In this document: positions 53,474 through 64,000 of the stretch, piece by piece
How the letters are laid out: every line of letters starts with the position of its first letter
Numbering within the stretch: the first letter of the stretch is position 1
Origin: Tubulanus polymorphus
Lineage: Eukaryota; Animalia; Nemertea
Length of the DNA stretch: 64,000 bases
Reading direction: 5' to 3'
Assembly: GCF_964204645.1 (NCBI RefSeq)
Contig: NC_134035.1
Coordinates: forward strand, 9,766,451 to 9,830,450
The notes under the pieces: model-generated
The model's database searches: none
What the model saw: the letters and a program-made list of their open reading frames with translations, nothing else
What the model was told of the DNA's origin: nothing
Translations under genes and position numbers: made by a program

Positions 53474-53754
53474 AGCCGCGATCACATGTAAGCATTTTTG
53501 GCCCAGAACGACTGTTCACATGGCCCGACCGAAAACGTTGGACCAAGTCCGAGCCAAATATTAGCACGGGACAATTGATTGCAACTGGTTCTCGAAATGA
53601 TTCCACTTCACTTTAGTATGAGCATTGTTTAGTTTCGAGTGAGTGGTTTGTTTACGTGTGAACGCGTTCTCTAATTAGGCACAAGCCAAATTTGGCTCGA
53701 GCCTGATCCGTGCCAGTTTGGACGGGGCCGAATCATCTTCGTGTGATTGCGGCT
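53474..53754. mobile_element. Harbinger-like MITE (agccgcgatcaca...tgtgattgcggct); copies near 21559-21834, 34988-35265, 39273-39582
   Basis: TIRs, ata/ata flanks, shared ctaattaggcacgggccaaatttgactcgg core. Confidence 0.75.
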
Positions 53755-54488
53755 ATAGTATGCAGAACCAGACTCTCTCTTTCCCAAGATCTATATTGTG
53801 ATTATCCCAGAAATTTTCATTGAAAAGCGATCATAACGCTGAATTTTAATGGGGATGAACTTTCTCCGTCAGAAATATCAACATCTGTTTTAAAATCCAG
53901 ATCGATATAGTTTTAGAATTAATGTCTATATGTCGAGAGTGTGGGTGTTGTATACTCATTGATCTCCAAACGGGATCAAGTCATGTTTGCATGTGTTCAT
54001 TGGCACGGTGGCCACTGACCTGGAAAACTCAGCATTGATTATGGAATATTGATTTTCAAGATGGGTTAAAGCAATATGAATAGTAGTATCCCGGATAGCA
54101 GGGTTCCACATCGTTCCCCCCTTACATTTGAGATAACATTTTCACTACCTGGCTTCAGTGAGTTATGCATACAGTGGCAAATGATTGCTGGCTGTGTTCT
54201 CTAATCGATCTCTCTAATCACTCTAGGAAGTGATCCATTTAAAAAAAGACCCCGTAAAGAGACTTAACGTCTGCCACGTGTGTCAAATACGTATAGAACT
54301 TGGCCGTTTAGATGTTTTGTCCCCCCCCCCCCCCCCATATTCAAAATTCCCAGATCCATCCCTGCTTAGTGCGAAACACAGATTTAGCTAGTCGTTAACT
54401 AAGTGAAGGTCTCTACGTTGTAATATTTCTAACAGTCTATTCTAGCTGTGTTGATATATTTGTGGTTGTTGTAATCGTTAATTCTTAC

Positions 54489-54787
54489 CTGCGCTGAGAT
54501 TTCGTCGTCGTCGCCGTGGTTTCGTCCGCGTCCGACGTCATTTGCTCGGTCGAACTTTTCGGCGACGTCGATTTCGATTTTCGTTTCGAGTCGCGTTTTA
54601 AAGTATCTCCGTCGTCTGTCGTCGGCGCCGACAGCAGCGGCTCGGACGCGCCGCCGTCGTCGCGTTTCACCGGCGACAGGTCGAACGACTCGGTCGGTTT
54701 GTCGTCTTGCGTCGCGTCGACGCGGTTCGTTTCGCCCTCCTGCGGTGTCGGGCTCTTCGATTTGCGATTCAACAATTTGCGATACAT
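54489..54787 (-). CDS. Putative alternative Kv1 N-terminal coding exon (MYRKLLNRKSKSPTPQ...TTKSQR), antisense in SNRNP70 intron 1
   Basis: 99 stop-free codons plus AG, then strong donor CAG|GTAAGA (phase 2). GC-rich codons like the Kv1 CDS. Phase-compatible with the internal acceptor at 49272. A possible upstream acceptor attctcttttag| lies at 55168. Confidence 0.65.
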
Positions 54788-56402
54788 GTCGCCACCGGGG
54801 GGCGTGTTAGCTCTCTCGGTTCGTACGTTCGTTCGGCGTTCACCGGCCGGCAACTCGCGACATCGAACGTCCCTTCACCCGAATTCGTGGCTACAAATAT
54901 ACGGCATCGTTTGTTTCGTAGCTACGACACCGGCGGCCATCTTGGATGATATGAATCTTCTTATAATCGACCGTGGAACGCGCGCGGAACGGACGACAAC
55001 GTCATCGCCTATAAATCCACGTCGCGCAAAATGGCCGTCGATATATCTCTCCGTTCATTGGATAGTCTTCACTGTCGATAGATCCGCGCGCTCGTGGCGT
55101 TTCCGGTTTTCGAGCACCCGCGGCTGAACGTCGTTCTTCCCGCGGCGAATCGGATTTTCCCGTCCACCTAAAAGAGAATGATCGCTGTTTTATAATATAT
55201 GTATATACGTCGAAGTCTTGGTGGTGGCGTTCCTCGTGCGTTTCGGTTAGTTCGATCGATTTTTGCCCGCGGCGACGGTTATCTTTTTCGAACCTCGAGC
55301 TCTAATCATCGCGCTCGGCGATCCTTCCGTTCTTTACCTATATCTATATCGACTTTTTCGTTTAATAGACTTTTATACTGATGCTAGTAGCACGTTCGGT
55401 CGTCGGTACTGAAACCCTGCGTGTATATTCCTGCGTATTGTGCAACACGCGCGTACGTATGTATCTATGTGTATGTGTGTGTGTGTATTACGAAGGTAGA
55501 ACATTCTTCTTCGGCGAGCGAGAGAGCTGCTCCCCGCTATACCTTCACCAACATGTGTAACTTTAGACGAACTCGGCGATAAAGTGTCGGATCTAAAAAT
55601 GGCTCAATAAACCCCCCGAGAACTAGTTAAAACTCAAACGCAAAACGGCTAGAATAGAATCGGTACGCTCGATTTGTGGCGTGCAGGTAATTATGCTGAA
55701 ACTTTTCCTCCACCGCCTACGAAAACTATTAGTTTTACTATTCTTTATCGGGAATGGCCCCCGATGTCAGGCCGGGGTCATAGGGTATTGCGATGAAAGC
55801 GTTGTTGCATTGCGCGTGGGTTGAATTATATGGTGCAAAGATATTTATACTTGTTTCCCCCTATAGTGGCAGCTGGGGGAGGGGGAGGGGGGGGGGTAAT
55901 GCAGGTGAAGTTGTCCTTAAAGTACATGCTGTCGATGACCGGGTTACCGTGCATCAGGGGATTTTGTATCTAAACTTCCCTGCATCGGGAAATCAGGGAA
56001 TTTATTTTTTAAATTTCCCCGCAAGGAGTTCGGGGGGGGGGATCTGGGTATTTTCTCATCGCGATCTGCAGAATTCTGAGATAGAATCGTCGGGTGATTG
56101 ATACCTACTCGACGACGTCCCGAGAATTACGATTCTAATTATTTATCAACGAATGAATGAGCAAAATCCGAATGATTTATTCTGACGGCTTCACGGTTTT
56201 GAGTAAATTTCATCGTCGGATGAATAGATTCATGAGCGACGATTATGTAGCCGTTTTATTGTCGTGTCAGATAATTTACGGGTTTTTTGCTTAAATTTAA
56301 CTCTTGAGCAAACTGAGATCGACGTCAATCTGCTGCCGGTTGTCGTCGACGGACTTTCCTAAAAAAAAATGATTTTTTACATTTCTGTTTCGCTATTTGC
56401 AG

Positions 56403-56465
56403 GACCCGAAGGACACGCCTCCCCCGACACGCGTCGAAACTAGAGACGAAAGGAAAGAAAGAAAG
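56403..56465 (+). CDS. SNRNP70: SNRNP70 coding exon 2 (DPKDTPPPTRVETRDERKERK)
   Basis: tttgcag acceptor, 63 nt, AAG|GTGACC donor; matches U1-70K DPxDxPPPTRxETR. Confidence 0.94.
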
Positions 56466-57647
56466 GTGACCAAAAAAAAAAATTATACTTCTCTTATCTT
56501 TTTTTTTCGCCGATTTGACGCAATAGATTCGAAAATAGAACTAATCAATAGTTGTCGATAAACGCATACGTTGCACTTCAGCTGTAGTCGTCATGTCTTT
56601 GGGGGGTTTAATTTTTTTTTTTTTAATTATTATTTCGCGGGTAACGTTCTAAGAATCGTCCCGTCGATTGGTGATAAAAATTCTACAGAAGCTGGAAAAA
56701 AGTGTTTTTGATCTTTCCGCCTGGTTGCTGACACCAGCTTGTGTTAATGTATGTTTCCCACTTGTCGCCATTGATTTTTTCTTTTTTTCTGGAAAGGCGG
56801 TTCCTTCTTTAGTGTTTGAAATGAAACATGACGCCGTACGCGTTGTACGGTCGGAGAGAAAAAATTGATAACTAGGTTAATTACAGTCAAACACGCGGCA
56901 ATTGATTTTTGATAAGTCGTATTTAGTTTTGCCTCGAAGAAACGACTTGATTTTCTGACTTGAACCGCGACTAATGGACGAACTGCGCGTTGAAATACGG
57001 GGGTCCCTACGATTCCTTAAATCCTAAAAAAACTTCTAAGCAGAAAGTGCCTTTGAAGGTGCTTGAAACGCCTTTAATTGGAGCCAAAACGTCCTCAAAT
57101 TTGAGAAATAGTCAATTAGAAATTGTCTAGTTTGTAGGCTGTACATTAGACTTCACCTAAATCGGTACAGTTGGGACCAGGATATTTTCTTTACCCAATT
57201 AGGCAGTTATCAAATTAGAAACCTAGTTTAGGTAATATATAGGATAGTCGCTGGGTCACTGAATCAATGGTTTACCGAGATAAACAGTACCGATTCAGGA
57301 GTCTATAATCAGGGATATGAAGTGATGCGGACACTTCCGTGAAATTTGAAATTTTCTCCTTAAAAACTCCTAATATCCAGGAACAGGGTTCATAGCGGTC
57401 ATTGAAAGTCATGAAATGGGAATCGGTCAATTCAAGGCCTTGAAAGTCATTAAATTGCTTCTAAAGTCATTGAATCATGGTCATTAATAGCGATCTACTT
57501 TACTACTGATGAATAACCGGTCCGTATAGGGACCCCGCGGTGGAAACTTTGCGACCCTTTTTTTTTCTTTTTTTTCTAATCGAGAATTCGACTGTTTCTC
57601 GTATGCGTATCGACTTAATGAACCTCTCTCGTTGTTTATTTTCGCAG

Positions 57648-57702
57648 CGTCGAGAACGAGCGGAACAAATCGCGTATAAACTAGAGCAAGACTTAGCGTT
57701 AT
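57648..57702 (+). CDS. SNRNP70: SNRNP70 coding exon 3 (RRERAEQIAYKLEQDLAL + T of split Trp)
   Basis: ttttcgcag acceptor, 55 nt, phase-1 GTAAGT donor. Confidence 0.94.
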
Positions 57703-58649
57703 GTAAGTATAGTATATTCTGTTTGGAAGACGCTGGAGCGTTCGTTCGTTCGTTCGTTCGAGCCTCGGTTCACTCTCTTGTTGCTCTGTTTATTAATAAT
57801 CTATTTTGTTTATTCTAACGTCGAACAGGTGTCATTTTCTTCTCGTTGCGAACATACTTCGATGTTCGCTCCTCCTCGTTCGAATTCGAAGGGTAGATGA
57901 TGATGATGATGATGATGATGCAGCGAGTGAGAGGAAGAGAGGCTGAGCTATGAACGTGTAACACTTGTTGCATCATCATCTATCGTGTCCGGTTTGAATT
58001 TCGTCGATTCTAAGTCTGGGGGTGGGAAAGCAGTCAGCTAGCTATTCGGAAACTGCCTGTTATACAAGGTGGCCGCCGTCGACCTGAAAAACTCAGGCAA
58101 TTTGACAAATTTTGGGGGAAAAACCTGGAAACTCAAAGAATTTGACAAATTTTGCATCAAAAAATCTGGAAAACTCAGGAATTTGATAAATTTTCTATTG
58201 AAAAAACATGGAAACTCAAGAAATTTGACAAATCTTTCACGAAAAACCTGAAAAACCCGGGGAATTTTGATAATGTTTTCGACATGATTCATGAAATATG
58301 AATAGATTGTAGCCTAGAAATTTCTATGATTCTCTCAGGGAATTTTGTGTTATAACAATGGAAAACATGTTTGTTATGTTGGCTTGTCCTGTTTGTTATA
58401 TTAATCTGAACATATTGCGTATCGTCAGAATTTCAAGCATTGCGTGCGAATGATTCCCTTTCTAAATATTTCGAATTGCAAAACGCAGACAAAATGTTAT
58501 CTTAAAACATGCGATTCTTTTCTCAATAGTCTGGCGCATCTTTTCGTCAAAATTTATTACCTTTTTACGCGGCTTATTAATCCGATTTCCTTCTCTTCTA
58601 ATAACCGTCGACCTTGAAGTCGTCGTAGTAATACTTTGGTTCGAAATAT

Positions 58650-59215
58650 CAGATAAAAGTTCCTAGCTGCCTGGTTGCCATATTTGTTTCAATAGTCGTT
58701 GCGGAGATTTCGTTATCAGGCGAAGAACGAAGATAGCGTTTCACTTGCACTCTAAACAACAGACAAACAGCAGAAAAAATTTCGTAGCTGCCTGGTTGCC
58801 ATATTTGTTTTAGCGGTCTTATGTCAACACCCAGTTATGATCATTCCAAAGAATCATTGTCGGGTGAAGAACGAAGATATCGTTTCGGTTGCACTGCAAA
58901 GGAAATGACGCAAAAACAACAGAAAAAAGTCCATAGCTGCCTGGTTGCCATATTTGTTACGAAAGTCAAATATCAACCACTGTTAATGATCATTCCAAAC
59001 AATCGGAAGAACTAAGATAAACATTTCACTTCCTTTCGAAACGACAGAAAAAAGTCCATAGCTGCCTGGTTGCCATATTTGTTTCACTGGTTGAATATTA
59101 ACACGCGTTTGCGATCATTCCAAAAGATTCATCCGGTGATGACCTGAAATAACGTTTCAATTGCACGGAAAACAACGCGAAAAAGTCCTTAGCCGCCTGG
59201 TGGCCGTATTTGTTA
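58650..59215. repeat. Diverged ~120-150 bp tandem array x5 with a conserved 25 bp core
   Basis: tagctgcctggttgccatatttgtt at 58664, 58785, 58934, 59059 and a variant at 59190. Confidence 0.85.
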
Positions 59216-60766
59216 TGGCGGTTAAACGTTTAACGTTCGGCGGTGGTCGAAAAATAATCGCGTTCCGTCTTCAGAAATCGACGCTAGTTGACGCGATACA
59301 CCGGCGGACGAGGATGAGTTACAGGTATATATCTAGGTGTACATCATCGTCGTCGTCATCATCATCATCGCATCCATCCTATTGATCACCGTTTACAATG
59401 GGTGTCTTCTCGATCGTATCTGTGTATCTCCCTCTTCCGTATGTGTGTTCATATGTAAACCCTTAATCAATAGAGCTTCAACCAATATTGATATATATAT
59501 ATATATATATATGTATTTATAGATTTTAAAGGATGGATTCATCGTTATTATCCATACTACATTTTACATACTCGACGCGCATATATGTATCGGGACTGGG
59601 TTAGTCACGATAACGCGCGCTCGCCTTTTTTTTCGATCGAATACAAAGGAGTTTTGTTTAACGACGGTGGCGATGACATTTCGAGAAATCGAGCTCGAAA
59701 TTTCGTCGTGTAACTCTATTTGAGAAACTTAAAACAGAAATGCTCCCAATTCACACTATTAAGCCTGATTCTAAGTATCTGGGGCCAGTTCCATAGTCGA
59801 GACTTATAACCAAAAGTGGTCTTAAGTTGTTAGATTGGCTTCAGAACTAAGATTGGCTTAGATTGGTCTTAAGTCTAAGCCCTCTCTACGGAACCGGCCC
59901 CTGAACTACCTCAAAACCTCTTACTGTTCGTCACTATTCTACACAGTTTAAATTTCTACAAAATTCAGATCACTCAAAAATGACTATAAATGCGTGTCGA
60001 AACGTCGTGTGTGGATATATTTGGTGGTTCGCACGTGATGCAAAACTTAATTAAGTATTTAAAATGATATTTTGTGATGTTCTGGTACGGTAGAACTGAC
60101 ACAAAATAAAGCAGGTTTTATCGTACAAGTTTTGTGTTGATAAGTCGCGCGTTTTAGTCAAATTTTGTATCGATTTGAAGATTCTTCATCGAGATCGAGT
60201 TAAAGATATAAACGTTTTGATATAACAGTTGTGTGACGAAAAAGTGAGGCGATATTGTCACATGTATCCAATTGGCGGTGGCATATTGAAATCATGGCAT
60301 TCGGAGCCATCCCTTTTTTTTAGTTCGATGGCTCCAGGTGGAGTTCGATATATTTTTAACGTCGCCTTTAAAGATTTATTTTTGCAAAAATATCGACGTC
60401 GCGAAAACTCGCTTTTTCAGTTCGGGAAATTTCTCGTTCATATCGTACGCGGTGTTTAGAGAAAATGATGCTTTCCTCGTCGCTCTATGCAGCAGATACA
60501 TTGCCCGGTCTACATCGAGATAATACAAAACTGTTAAAAGCTTTAACCCGTATATGCGTTAGCCCGACGAGGCCTTATTGCGACGATGGCTGCGTGTTAG
60601 AAGCAATTAATAGCTGAAATATTTGCGAATAATAGCTTTTATCGGATTCCGTTGCGGATATATTTAATTGTATGGCCGCGCATGTCTATAATCCGCTGTA
60701 TGTATCAGTTATCTGTTAATTTCCGTATACGTATATATATTGTTTTTTTTCTCTCGATATTTTCAG

Positions 60767-60831
60767 GGGACCCGGCGACCGATATAAATGCGACATCCGA
60801 CCCGTACAAGACTCTTTTCATCGCGAGAATC
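60767..60831 (+). CDS. SNRNP70: SNRNP70 coding exon 4 ((W)DPATDINATSDPYKTLFIARI), start of RRM (RNP2)
   Basis: ttttcag acceptor, GG completes TGG, 65 nt, GTAAGT donor. Confidence 0.95.
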
Positions 60832-61987
60832 GTAAGTCGATGGCCCGCGGGATTCTTATACAGGGTGGCCACTGACCTGAACAACTCGGGGAACCGGGGA
60901 AAATCTAGAAAAAGTCAGTGAAAACTCGGGGAATTTTACGAATCTTGATAAAAACCTGTAAAAATTGTGGAATTTGGATGATGTTTTTGACCACATGTTT
61001 CTTAACACTACATGGTTCATGAAAAAATGTATAGATTGTAACATTTTAAACCGAGAAATTTCTCCGATTGGGGAAGTTTTTGTAAACACAAATCAGGGAA
61101 AGCTATGAAAGATTTGTAAATTGGTGGAGGGGGCTGCCAGCCTACATCGGATGAAAATCAAATCTTTCTTCAATTATATGCACTGAGTTTGGTACCTGAA
61201 ATCTTTGAAATGTCATATTCGGTCGTTCTTTTCGTGATGATTTCGATGAACGCCTAATTCGTTCGTTAATCGTTATAAAAGCCTGGATTTTTCGCATGCT
61301 CGAGTCTCGATAATGATCTTGTTTGTAGTAAACCCCAGGCAGAGTAGATACTCGATCGGAGAGCTAAAAAACGAAGATGTGATATGTTGAATAAAATCTG
61401 TTCAACTCGTCGTCACTTCTTCTCAGTTCTCCATCGTACATAACTTATATTTTTAGAATCTAATTCGAATAGTTCAAAGTCAGTTTATTCGAGAGACGAG
61501 TTTCCGAGTTCGGATTCGAGTTTTTCATGTGATTTTAGTTGTACAGTCAAACACCACTCCGATAAACCTCGCCTAACGCCCAATTATTTTCTGGCGACGG
61601 AATGTTTGTATTTGGTCTTGGAACAAGTAGAGATTAAAGCACCCTTTGTATACCAGGGTGGCGCCACTGACCTGGAAAACTCAGGGAATTCGAATAATAT
61701 TATTGACCACGTGTTTCTTATCTTGATCAGTACGTGATTCAATGAAAAATGAACGAATTGTAAAATTTAAGACTTAGAAACTTAAAAATTTCTTTTGATA
61801 CATCCAGGAATTTTGTGTAATAAAATCAGGGAAATCTCAATTGATGTGTAAATTGGCAGAAAGTGGCGGCACCCTGTATACGGCCAATCCTGTACTTCTT
61901 ATACCGCCCAAATCCTAAATCACGGGTTGTCAGTTTATCGGATGAAAAAAATGTACAATTTACATTCGATTTTTTTTTTTTTTTCAG

Positions 61988-62050
61988 AATTTTGACACGA
62001 GCGAATCGAAGCTTCGTCGAGAATTCGAAGTCTACGGCCCGATACGCATG
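61988..62050 (+). CDS. SNRNP70: SNRNP70 coding exon 5 (NFDTSESKLRREFEVYGPIRM); gene continues beyond window
   Basis: Long T tract plus cag acceptor, 63 nt, ATG|GTAAGA donor; conserved ESKLRREFEVYGPI. Confidence 0.95.
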
Positions 62051-63484
62051 GTAAGAGGGGAATATTCGGAGATAGATCGCCGACACGAGTCTGTGCGCGT
62101 TATTTATTACTGAACGGCGTTTTCATCGCTGAACTTAACATACTTTATTTCTACGCGGAATTATCTTTAGTTCCGCTTCACATATATATATATATATATA
62201 TATATCAGGGTCGGTACAATTCCTTGATTCGTTAAAAACGTCTTCTGAACAGAGAGTGCTTTTTAAGATTCTTGAAACTCCTTTAATTTGAGCAAAGTCT
62301 TCAAAGAAAACTACAGTAGACTAACGTCTAAATCGGTACAGTTGGGACCAGGATATTTTCTTTACCCAATTAGGGGGTTATGGAATTAGAAACCTAGTTC
62401 AGGTTATTCAACGGCTGAAAATTTGCTTACAAAACCAGTACCGAGATAAACAGTACCGGTTTAGTTTGAGTCTACTGTAATCGGGATGTGAAAGCGATGC
62501 TGAAATTCGAAAAAACTTTTTCCTCGAAATTCCTTCTATCCGGGAATGACTGATCTGTAGGGACGGTGTATATGTATGAATACGGTTAACGTAGGAAAGA
62601 TTTAATACGTATTTGATTGGAAACCGCCTCTGTATCTTACAGCGAGGTTCTCTCAATGGCAGTAGTTGCAGCAGCGATAACGCCGCGAACCCTGGCTTTT
62701 TCACATACTCGTATTCAACGCGATGATCTTGTATGTAGTAAACTCCAGGCACAGTAAACCACTTGATAAACCGCTAATAGTTGATACGCGCGCGGTCGGC
62801 GCTATCAATCGGCAAATCAAGAAACACTTCAATCATTATTAAACTCCTCCTTCAACTGATTTAAGTTTGTTTGATCTGGATTAATCGATATCGTGGTTTC
62901 ATTTTTTTATGCATGTGTGCGCGTATGGTTTTTCCCTATAAGGCTATAATGAAAATTGATACCTCGTTAAAGAAAATTACTATGACTACGAACCAGGTAT
63001 TTTTAAAAGTTGAAAAAAACTTGCATTAACAAATCCAGGATAGAACTAATGTTTACATCAGTATCCACTTTAGTCAGTGAACTGTTTTTAGGACAAGGAT
63101 ATATTTTTTCTGTTTTCTCCTGGTATATTACTATTACTTATAAATGTAAACAGCCTTCACTTAGACTTGTAGTTATTAGTAACAATGTTTGAAACGTGGG
63201 TTTTCTTTTGATTATTCGTATTTTATAATCAGAAATGACAGAAATCACATTGATTATGATTCTCATCATTTGATGAGATAAATTGGGAATGCTATAAATT
63301 AGTTAAAAACTATAGAATTTCTGATATTTAGCCATTTAAGCAATTGAACTTAGATCCTTTATTTACGGGAGGATATAGATTTGATAGTTGATTCTCTGTT
63401 CCCTGGACTGGGTGGTAGAATCCTGATACTTGTTAGAAGTCCGATTCGGTATATTAGAGCTTTATATATTTAGTAGTACTGATA

Positions 63485-64000
63485 GATACAGTAGATACTC
63501 TGTATGCAATTTGATAAAACCCTGATACAGCAGATACTCTGCAGTTTGATAAAACCGTGATACAGCAGATACTCTGCAGTTTGATAAAGCCCTGATACAG
63601 TAGATACTCTGTATGTTGGGTGATAAAACCCTGATACAGTAGATACTCTGTATGTGGGGTGATAAAGCCCTGATACAGTAGATACTCTGTATGCAGTTTG
63701 ATAAAGCCCTGATACAGTAGATACTCTGTATGTTGGGTGATAAAACCCTGATACAGAAGATACTCAGTATGCGGCGTGATAAAGCCCTGATACAGTAGAT
63801 ACTCTGTATGCAGTTTGATAAAGCCCTGATACAGTAGACACTCTGTATGCAGTTTGATAAAGCCCTGATACAGTAGATATTCTGTATGTGGGGTGATAAA
63901 GCCCTGATACAGTAGATACTCTGTATGTGTGGTGATAAAGCCCTGATACAGTAGATACTCTGTATGCAGTTTGATAAAGCCCTGATACAGTAGATACTCT
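63485..64000. repeat. Minisatellite, ~39 bp unit (gataaagccctgatacagtagatactctgtatgcagttt), running off the window end inside an SNRNP70 intron
   Basis: Directly visible. Confidence 0.95.

Noticed and set aside
57858-57979. Another ATG-initiated minus-strand frame with a phase-2 GTATGT donor (MMMQQVLHVH...)
   Set aside because: It runs through an (ATC)n microsatellite giving poly-Ile and is likely chance, though it can be tested with the same junction search.
58650-59215. CRISPR-like repeat-spacer appearance
   Set aside because: Eukaryotic intron, spacers about 100-125 bp and related to each other, no cas genes.

Overview
Eukaryotic, invertebrate genomic DNA. The Kv1 N-terminus resembles Aplysia AKv1, suggesting a lophotrochozoan. 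In 1-45 kb I recognise no protein gene; it is dense in MITE-like elements, tandem repeats and microsatellites, with a tRNA-derived SINE, Penelope-like hammerhead remnants and a possible decayed MULE. Two genes lie head-to-head at the right. A Shaker/Kv1 channel has an uninterrupted CDS on the minus strand (49391-47793). SNRNP70 (U1-70K) has five coding exons on the plus strand from 50892 and continues beyond the window. Main finding: the Kv1 CDS contains an internal phase-2 splice acceptor just before the SFPKLS motif. Several ATG-initiated minus-strand exons ending in phase-2 donors lie upstream, most inside SNRNP70 intron 1. This predicts a set of alternative Kv1 N-termini (inactivation domains) encoded antisense within the U1-70K gene. 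All splice models come from sequence only and lack transcript support.
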